DNA from: Octopus vulgaris
Lineage: Eukaryota
Length of the DNA: 64,000 bases
Assembly: GCA_951406725.2 (NCBI GenBank)
Contig: OX597820.1
Location: 54,994,001 to 55,058,000, forward strand
Reading direction: 5' to 3'
The notes below the pieces were generated by a model. The model saw only the letters and a program-made list of their open reading frames with translations, was not told where the DNA came from and made no database searches. The stretch's first letter is position 1. Each line of letters begins with the position of its first letter. Both the position numbers and the translations under genes were made by a program. Below are positions 54,314 to 64,000 of the stretch, in pieces.

Positions 54314-55011
54314 GTATATAAATATATGAATTTACAACTAGGTTAGCTGCAGACTTGGCTTTGTGAATTCTTCTTTCAACTTCATAGTGCTTACCTCAAC
54401 AGTTCAAATGCGAAATCTGAATTTGCAGAGCTGTTCAACCAAAACTCAAGTCATAAAATGTTAAAGATACAAAATAGGCTTTACCATATTATTTCTAATT
54501 TTCAATCGTTTTTGTTTCATTAGGAATTTTTATTGATACCTTTATTAGTTATTTTTAATATACTTTTTATAGTTTTTTTTTAAATTGTATTTCTACATAT
54601 TACATAATATTATTTATTTGTATGTATAATTATTTTTATCTGTCATTATTTATAACATTTTATTATAAGCTTATTATTATAGTACTTTTATATAAACATC
54701 ATCATCATCATCATTATTATTATTTATTATATTTTTACATAAAGTTTTCAGTGTAGAAAATTCTTCCTTAAAACATTAAAATTTTATACAAATATGATTT
54801 TGAAATTTTTATTTATTATTTATTTATTTGTTGCTGATAATTTATTTTATTTATTACAATTTTTTCATCAGTTTCCATCCTTTATTTTTAATAAATTTCT
54901 TATTTATTCTCTTCTGTTCATCTTTTGTCAGCTTTTACAATGAAGTATGACAGCAACATAGTTCTATTCTTTTATCTGCCTTATCCTTTTTCTTTGTTTC
55001 AAACATATGGG

Positions 55012-55051
<40 letters not shown>

Positions 55052-55566
55052 AATGATTCTGACACAAGCCAGGTTTTTTAGTTCACATTGTCGATGTTAA
55101 TTTGAATCTTGTTTTTAAAAGAAAAAAAAATTACACTGATGACTATTAGGATTATCTTGATGATGATGTTGATGATAATTTATATAAAATAATAATAATA
55201 ATAATAATAATAATAATCAAATCTGATAAAAGAATGGAACAATAATGATTATTAAATTTATAATTATAATAAAGATTTCTAACAACTATATATATATATA
55301 TATATAAATTAGTATACATTTTTATACACAAAAGAGGTGACCTTAACAGGACACCTTACATGCTGGAAAGGACAGTTAAAGCACAAACCACGAATAGGAA
55401 TAATTTCAAAGGAAATGAAAAATATAAATATTTCAATAGTTACCCTTATACTTGAGTTTCAACATCAATGTGCAAATAAAATGATTTGCCATCCATGTTT
55501 GTATATATATATATATATAGTGTGTGTGTGTGTATATATGTGTGTGTATATATGTGTGTGTGTGTG

Positions 55567-55605
<39 letters not shown>

Positions 55606-56723
55606 GTGTGTATATATATGTATGTGTGTATATATATATGTGTGTGTGTGTATGTATACACCCATACATATGTATATACATGTAGCAAATTAAATAAATC
55701 ATATCAAAACTATTGATACATCCATAATAACAATACGATTGCCATCCAATACTTGATACGATGATACAATCACTATCTGATACTATAATACAATCACAAG
55801 GAATATTATTTCAGTGTCACCACCCGATTACCCAATACTACAGCACAATCTCCACAATCCAAACGGGATATACTCTACACACAACAAACAGGCAAAACAC
55901 TAAAGTAACATCAGAAACGTGAAAAAACACCTTTCCACACTACCAAAAAGACAAAGCTGCACTGAGCCTGCAAAACATAGAAATTCATCTGGTGGTGCAT
56001 GAAGAACTCATAAAAAAATTCTTGAAAACTGTTGATATTAATAATGATGATGATTTCTAACACTGAAACAACATCACAACTCAAATGAGAATTGTCCATC
56101 AGTTTTCACTGCTGTATGGTGTTGGGCATCAATCTCAGGATAGATGAATGTACAGAATATGAACCAAGTAAATGAAATAATAACATACAGTTTAGATAAA
56201 ATGACCTAATCCTATCTGTTTTCTGTATGTTGTTTTTTATATAATAATAATAATAAATAATTTGGACAAATAGCTATAATTTAATTAGTGTGTTTAAATG
56301 TTGAGTAGAGCTCTGGCACAGTTTAGGCTACCTGTTGTCATCTACAGTCGTGTTACACTTCTGTTGGATCTACTTGAGGAACTATGCAGTGGTAGTTGCG
56401 GTAATAGTATTAATTAATAGTAGGAGATGGATTTCATAATAGACTTTTATTAGGTACAACATGTTTTGGCCCCTCAATCTGGGTCTCTTCAGGTACATTG
56501 ATAAAGAAGTCTCACTAGAGATTTTTAGTGTCGGCTGGCTTATTGTTATATGCCCATCATGTTAGGGAATGGATAAGAGCAAGTAATATTATAGAAACGC
56601 AAAAAATTCAAATATGAACGTGGAAATCTTGCATTCCAGTTTAGATAAAATGACCTAATCAGCTTTTGCTGTCATAACTCCTTAGAGGAAAAAGTATTAA
56701 TTAATACTATATATATGTATATA

Positions 56724-56864
56724 CAATAGTACCTTGGTTTTGAAACAACTCTGATCATGAATAAATCGTGCTTTATCTCCTGTCTTTCTCATATTCATTT
56801 AATACAGTGGTACCTCAGTTTACGAACATCTCTGATCACAAATAAATCATGCTTTATATATCTG

Positions 56865-56895
<31 letters not shown>

Positions 56896-56910
56896 CTCTA
56901 TCTATATGTA

Positions 56911-56951
<41 letters not shown>

Positions 56952-57265
56952 GTGTGTGTGTGTGTATATTTGGATGTATTTCTCCATTTTCTTATTTTGT
57001 ATTATGAATTTGTGGTAAAACATTTTACCTTTGCCCATATAATACAGTAAATGAATTAATTGCATCGCAATTCTTAACATTTATGTATTAACTTTGTTGG
57101 GTACTTCACTAGCAGTATATTGGATATATGTTATCCCATGGAGGGTTGCATTTACAACCCCTATCTCAATTTGTATATATATATATATATATAGATATAT
57201 ATATATATAGATATAAAGCACAGTTTATTCATGATCAGAGTTGTTTAAAAACCGAGGTACTATTG
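56724..57265. mobile_element. pogo/Tigger-like MITE with ~50-bp TIRs
   Basis: TA|CAATAGTACCTTGGTTTTGAAACAACTCTGATCATGAATAAA ... TTTATTCATGATCAGAGTTGTTTAAAAACCGAGGTACTATTG|TA; a second diverged left end at 56805. Confidence 0.75.
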
Positions 57266-57659
57266 TATATATATTTATACATTTTTAATGATTTCTGCGA
57301 GAGGCTGTAGGCACATCAGGGCATACACACACATGTGCACACATATATCTCACCTAATATTCTCCGTCCTATGACTTCCAGTCTTCTCTTATGAACAAAA
57401 CTATTTTGTTTGGTGTCCTGCTCCCCAGGTGTAGGTGTAAGCATCACTTTTGTATTACCAAAGCAATATTACGTTCAAAACTAAACATAAGCTTCAGAAA
57501 ATTTATCCATTATATATTGCATGTCTTCTGAATGTGCTACAAAATCCTCATCATCAGCATACATTAGCTCTTGAACCAGTGCCTTAAAATTCTTGGATTT
57601 GCTGTTAAAATCTTCTCAGATTGAAAATTCACCTAGAGGTATGGAACCTTATATGTACA

Positions 57660-58650
57660 CCTCTGTTACGGTCATTTTTAGAATACCAAAGGCAAGTACT
57701 GCATTTAGCAAACTAAACAAAAATGAGTGGTCAGACAGTGGTGTTAGCTGGCAGACAAGTCTTTAAAGCTTGCATCCTAACAACCCTGTTGTACAGCTGT
57801 GAGACATGGATAGTTTTCTAGTACCATCTGAAATTACTTGAGAGATTCCATCTGAAATGCCTCAGGCAAATTCTGGCCATGAACTGGACATATTTGATAC
57901 CAGACATTGACATACTTGAGAGATCTCATTGTTCAGCTATTTCGTCTCTTATCAAAAACCAGGTGTGCTCGGCAGGTCACATCATGCAAATGAATGAGAG
58001 GCTCCCAAAGAAAATATTCGATGTTAAATTAATGCAAGGAAGAAGGACACATCATAAACCCAGGAAAAAATTCAGAGACTGCATCAAAGAGAACCTGAAG
58101 GGTATAAGAATTGATTTAAATCATTGGAAAGAGGAAGCACTGGATCAATCAAATTGGAGAGCAAGGATTACGTCCGCATGTAAAATGTTGAATGAAAAAG
58201 AGTGGTGTATGCAAAACTAAAGAGATCTCTTAAGAGAAGGAGAATTATCAGACACTACTAACAAATAATTGGGACTGTAATATTTGCCAACATGTTCTCA
58301 GCAAATCACACTGCGTATCCAATCTGAAGGCCCACAAGGATCAAGAGGCACAAACAGATCAGATAGAAGCATTGCTGGCACCTCCAGGCTTCACTACATA
58401 TCTGATCTACTATAAGACATGCAAGACCAATCCTGGTCAAAAATACCACCTCCGGGTTCATCAACAACAACTGCTGCAAACTAATAAGATTAATCTTGTG
58501 CAACCACAAGATCACATGTCACTTGTGTTCAGTACCATGTAAGTAATTGGCTGGCCTGAGAAGTCATAGCCTTGCATGTGTAAGGATGGAAGGAAATCAG
58601 AACAATCAGGCTGAATGTGAGATGGCTATCATCTGAAAAGATGAAGCAAT
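57660..58650 (+). mobile_element. Decayed RTE-type LINE 3' fragment
   Basis: ACILTTLLYSCETWIVF*YHLKLLERFHLKCLRQILAMNW, then ORF 57879-58220 (AGHIMQMNERLPKKIF...PRKKFRDCIKENLK); same clade as 40281-41236. Confidence 0.85.
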
Positions 58651-59011
58651 TATCATTCTCCATTCTGGTATTTATAGCTTTATCTAATTCAAGATCCAGT
58701 GTAAAACATGACTCTTACTTTAGTGAAGAATCTATATTTCAGAATTGTTTTTACCTTTGCAAAATAAATTAAGAATGAAATTTTATTTCCCTTTTCCATT
58801 AAAATTTTCAGCTTTCCTGTTACACATTTTGCTTTTTAGTTTAGTCTTATTTTAAGTATTGCTTCACACACTTAACACAAAGTATTCTTTTAAACTTGTT
58901 TCACTATGGTTTGTTTGTATTGGGCCTACTGAAAGTACCAGTGGCTTAGTGGATAAAGACATTTACTAAATGTAGTTTAAAAATAATGTTTCCTAATTCA
59001 AATTCTGTTTA

Positions 59012-59528
59012 CCGTAAATCCTCGAGTATAATTCGCATTTTTTCCCAAAATTTAAAGGTCAAAATCCCTAGTGCGTACTATATACAAGGTTGAAAATGAA
59101 AAATATTTTCTAAGCAATGTCCGAGTCTATTTGCTGTCCTGCAATGTTTATTCAGATGCATTTTGTGATGCCGGGCACGAAAATATCTTAAGCTAAGCCT
59201 GAAAGCAATGAAGTAAAAAGAATCATCTATAACTTGCAGTAAGCAACATTTATTAAAATAAAGGTATTCAGAACACAGAATAACTTGTAACAAAAACAAT
59301 TTGCAAACATATTTACATTCCCCTATAACAGTTAAGAGCATCACCATTATTGTATTACACATGCGCGGAGTTGTTTGTTCAACTAGGTGCTGCTAGCTTA
59401 ATTACGCACAACTCAAGTTAGAGAAGTGGTGCGTATTATACACAAGGTTTAGGTTTTTCAGAAGTACAGCCCCCTAAAAATCCCCTGCATATTATACTCA
59501 AGGGCAGGCTATACTCAAGGATTTATGG
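59012..59528. mobile_element. Tc1/mariner-pogo superfamily MITE with TA TSD
   Basis: TA|CCGTAAATCCTCGAGTATA ... TATACTCAAGGATTTATGG|TA terminal inverted repeats. Confidence 0.85.
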
Positions 59529-61570
59529 TAAGTAAATATATACCAACATATCTAGGAATAATTCTTTGTGGCAGTGAAAGATTAAATCAATTTGAGCATA
59601 GTGTGTATGCATGTCTACATGTACATTTATACATAGATAAAATCATATTTTAATATCCACTTTCCCATGGTTGCATGGATCGGACAAAATTTGTTGAGGT
59701 TTATTTTCTACAGCCAGATGCCTGTCCTGTGGCCAACCCCACCTATTTCCATACAAGCTAACATTTACCCTGACCAGACATGCTTTCATGGAAGATGGAG
59801 AACAAGCAACATTGCTTGTATAACTGTTACTTGTTTACATCTACTACATGATGTCAGAATAGGGAGACACAGACACACACTAATACACATTTATACATAT
59901 ATTACACACATATATATATATATGTGTGTGTGTGTGTGTATTCTCACATGATGGGCTTCTTTCAGTTTCTGTTTACCAAATACTCTCACAGCTTTATACA
60001 TCTCTAACAATTGGCTAGAAAATTACAATCTTTATTAGCAACTCATCTCAAACACTTTAACTTTTAAATTATTTCCCACTTTCTCATGATCATTCTGTGT
60101 GTGTGTGTGTGTTCATAAATATTCATTTATTCATATATATTTTCACATTGATGTCATGTGATTTATATCTTTATGGGTTTTTTTTTTCAATATATGAAAG
60201 TTACATAATTGTTTTGCTGTTGTTGTCGTTGTAGCTGTTGTGTCAGCATTGTTTATTGTTTGATTTATTTGTATAAATTATTACACTTGCATATACATGC
60301 ATGCATACATTTGTTTGTGTATGTGAGTATACAGTCATACAAAGCGACAGACACACTCGATCACTCCACATATTACATTTAAGAACCACAAATCAAAACT
60401 TCACACGTATCTATCTACATGATACACACACACTCACACACACACACATACATAATTCTTGCTATATTTGTTTTATTTATTTGTTTTATTTATTTGTTTT
60501 ATTTTTTGTTATGTTGCATTTTTATTTCATCAGAATTTTAAGTTGTACCTAAATTTTTCATTTATTATTGTTGTTACTTGTGTTCCTGCTATTATTCAGT
60601 ATTGTACATTATATATTATTTGATAATATTTTATTTAAGAATGTCATCGTTATTACTGTTGTTGTTGTTGTTGTTGTTGTTGCTTGCATTTATTGTTTTG
60701 TACTTTTATTTGAATTTATTTATTTGTGTTTTTTATAAATATATGCCTTTAAGTTTATATATTTATGACTTCTTGTTGATGCTGCTGCTGTTATCAATAT
60801 TGTGCATTATATTTTGTTATGGTTGAAATATGTGTACATACTTATATGTACATGTGTGTATGTGTGTGTGGTGTGTGCATATATATATATATATATATGT
60901 GCTATACACACACATGCACACTCTCAACCTTATTGTATATTTTGCTTTCATTATTTAATGTCCATTCATTGTTATGGTTATTTATCAATATTGTGCATTA
61001 TATTTTAAAATATGATTGACACACACACACACACACACACAGATTATATTATTTTTATTTTGCTTTTATTTTATGGCTACTATTGTTGTTGTTGTTGCTG
61101 CTGCTGTTGTTTTACTGATATTTTTTTTATAGGTATTTTTTTAAAAGTATTTTTAAGTTTTATTTAATTTTTCCATTTGATTGTTTTACATTTTTTTTTC
61201 TCTTGTTTCTTTCTACTTCATTAAGCCTTGTTGTTCTTCACAACCATTTTGCCCTGCTCCCTACTTGCATGCCCCACCCCACCCCCCACTCCCAACATAT
61301 ATCTTTCCTGTCCGTTACCTCACCAGTAGTCAATCAAGCCTATCACCTAGCTCAGACCATCTTCCAATCTTGGTAGTTGCATCAATGGTTTCACCTGAGT
61401 AAATTATTTTACTGAAGAAATAGATTTTTTTTTTACTTATTAGATAATCACTAATCAAAACAAATTCCTCAAAATTTAGTTTTTTCTTGTCATCACACCT
61501 TATGTTTTTTCTTTTGTTCTAACCATTTTTTTCATTTTTGTGTCTTTTGTTTTTGTTAATTACCATTATA

Positions 61571-61608
<38 letters not shown>

Positions 61609-62419
61609 CAATCTCACCAGTATTTTTGGGGCTCTCAGAAGGGACTCTTACTAAATTATTATTCTTCGTGTAAAAATAAAGATGTTAATGATAATAGTAT
61701 AGCAATGAAATTGACTATAATAAATATTATTACCCATGCTGGAAAAAATGCTTAGTGGCGTTTAATCCACCTTTACATTCTGAGTTCAAATTCTACCCAG
61801 GTTGTCTTTACCTTTTATCCTTTTGGAGTTGACAACTGGGGTTGATGTTATTGTCTTATCCCCTCCCCTGAAATTGCTTGCCTTGTGCTAAAGTTTGAAA
61901 CCATAATTATTATTATTATTATTTTAAGTTGATAAAAAATATCAGTCATTGATTAAATTGAGTACATTTGTGGTTTTGTGCCTGAAGCAGAATTTATTGT
62001 GGTATACTATACCACCTTGTCCACTACAAGGCCCAGTCTTTGTTGTGGTGTGGTGGCTTGCATGTCTGAATGACCCCAAGAGTTATACCAGCAGAGCACA
62101 ACCTCCTGGTAGAGTCTCTCGTGCTGGACAGGTCAAAGGATAGAGGTTAGACTAATACAGACTGCCTTTTTTCCAGAGGTAAAAATGGATATTCATGGAG
62201 CTAACAATCCTATCTAGAAAAAAAGCTAAGTTACAGAATTATCAACAACAATTTGAAATCAACAAGATCTGGGTGAGTAAGTCTTCCCTCAGGGAATCAA
62301 AAAAGGCAGCCTAGAGTTGAGAGTAGTGGGGTCAATGGCCTATGCACTGTAGGGAATGAAGAGCTTAAAGAGAATAATACCACTTTGTGCCACAATGGTG
62401 TGCAATATACCAACTTGTA

Positions 62420-62660
62420 GGGTGGCAAGCTGGCAGACTTGTTAGCACACTGGGCGAAATGCTTTGCGGTATTTCGCCTGCCTTAATGTTCTGAGTTCAA
62501 ATTCTGCTGAGGTTGACTTAGCCTTTCATCCTTTTGGCGTTGATTACATAAGTACCAGTTATGCACTGGGGTCAATGTAATTGATTTAATCCCTTTGTCT
62601 GTCCTTGTTTGTCCCTTCTATGTTTAGCCCCCCCCCATGGGCAATAAAGAAATAAGTATA
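62420..62660 (+). mobile_element. SINE family A copy (variant tail)
   Basis: Family A head and core with a different 3' end (…gcaataaagaaataag). Confidence 0.75.
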
Positions 62661-64000
62661 CCAATTTGTAGTATTTGCCAACAGGGTGCATGATATCCCC
62701 TCATGGTGCCTATTAAGTGTTGTACTATACCATTATGTGGTATCTATTAACAGCAATGTACTAAAGCATTTTGTGGCATACTATCTTGAAAATCTATTAC
62801 TAGTAATATGCTCTGCTATTATTTACTATATCATTTTGTTGTGTGCATTAGTATGGTGTAATGTGTAGTGTCCAGTAGTATGTATAGTAATATATTGTAG
62901 CATTTTGTAGTATGCAGTTTAGTTATAGCACTTGGGTACCACCTACTTAAAGATAGGTGAGGCTCAGCCATTAAAAGTTAAACATCTTTACTATTGATAG
63001 AAAGGAATAGCAAGTCCCAGAATACAAACCAACAATCTAATGTCATGTTTTGTATTCTGCTTAGCCCATCCTCAGTGCTTGCATGTGTATATGTATATAT
63101 ATGTTGATGTTTCAACATTCTATAAATGTAGATATTTTCATTACTTAATTTCATTGATTATTTGTCATATTAATTATTCTATTTCATCTTTCTTTCTGAC
63201 GTATTTGGCAACATTTTTTTACACTGTTTTTTTCCTTTTTGTCTCTTGTTATTTTGCTTTATGTGTGGGTACATACTGCTCCTTCATATAATGCCGCTCT
63301 GGTTGTCAGTATTCATAACTATGTAGGCAACCTCAGAAACGTTTACTAAAAGACCTTTCTGTATTGATTGGTCATCTTGTAAGTGGGGGCGTAAGTACAT
63401 ATGTAAGTACGTGTATATATGTGTGTATGCTTTCATATATATGCATTTATGTGTGTATGTGCTAGTATACACACACACTAGCATGCTAGTGTGCTAGTGT
63501 GTATACAGTGTTGTGTAGATAAAAAGTAACTAGAAATGACCCAGAAATGTTCTAAACGAAGGCATATTCACTTTAATAGAATACTATTGCATTTCTCTTG
63601 AAAAACTATCTTTCATGCAAGAAATAAAATTGTTTTCCAATATTTGTGTAGCACTCTGGTCTCTAATACACCAATGTGCCACTGATAGTCATGCAGTACC
63701 AATATATTTTTGTAATCTAAATGGCATATATCTAATTCAAGCATAGAATAAGAACAAAGCATTAAGTAAATGGGAAGATAGTTTTATTTCATGTGAGACT
63801 GTTCTTTAATTCTTAAGATAATTTGAAAAAGAATGCAAACTGGAGTATCATGAGGTACATAACTCATGAGTATAAAATAATTCTTATAATGTGTGGAAAC
63901 TACCTTGTCCAGAGAAAACCAATATATTCAGGTATTGAAACTACAATATATGCAGTGATAAAGAACTGATATAAAGAGTTATGGTAAACCCCAGGTTATA

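Noticed and set aside
57879-58220. 113-aa ORF as a host gene
   Set aside because: Residual frame of a decayed RTE LINE with upstream stops and frameshifts.

Overview
AT-rich, microsatellite- and SINE-dense eukaryotic DNA, most likely from an Octopus genome (judged from the neuropeptide sequence and repeat families). Two protein-coding signals are supported. (1) A minus-strand oct-GnRH/corazonin-type neuropeptide precursor gene: two coding exons (1899-1693, 346-284) give an 89-aa prepropeptide containing pQNYHFSNGWHPG-amide, with a probable non-coding first exon and TATA/Inr promoter at ~5.7-5.9 kb. (2) A single 98-nt plus-strand coiled-coil exon (44783-44880) matching the RUFY (RUN and FYVE) family. 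No other RUFY exon is visible, so the neuropeptide gene probably lies antisense inside a >44-kb RUFY intron. The rest is intronic repeat landscape: tRNA-derived SINEs, decayed RTE, Tx1/L1, R4/NeSL-type and CR1/L2 LINE fragments, hAT and Tc1/pogo MITEs, and minisatellites. Also present are several minimal hammerhead-ribozyme motifs of the Penelope type (one pair intact, inside a near-identical inverted duplication) and an RTE copy with a twin-priming-like inversion. Almost all ORFs in the supplied track are microsatellite or repeat artefacts.
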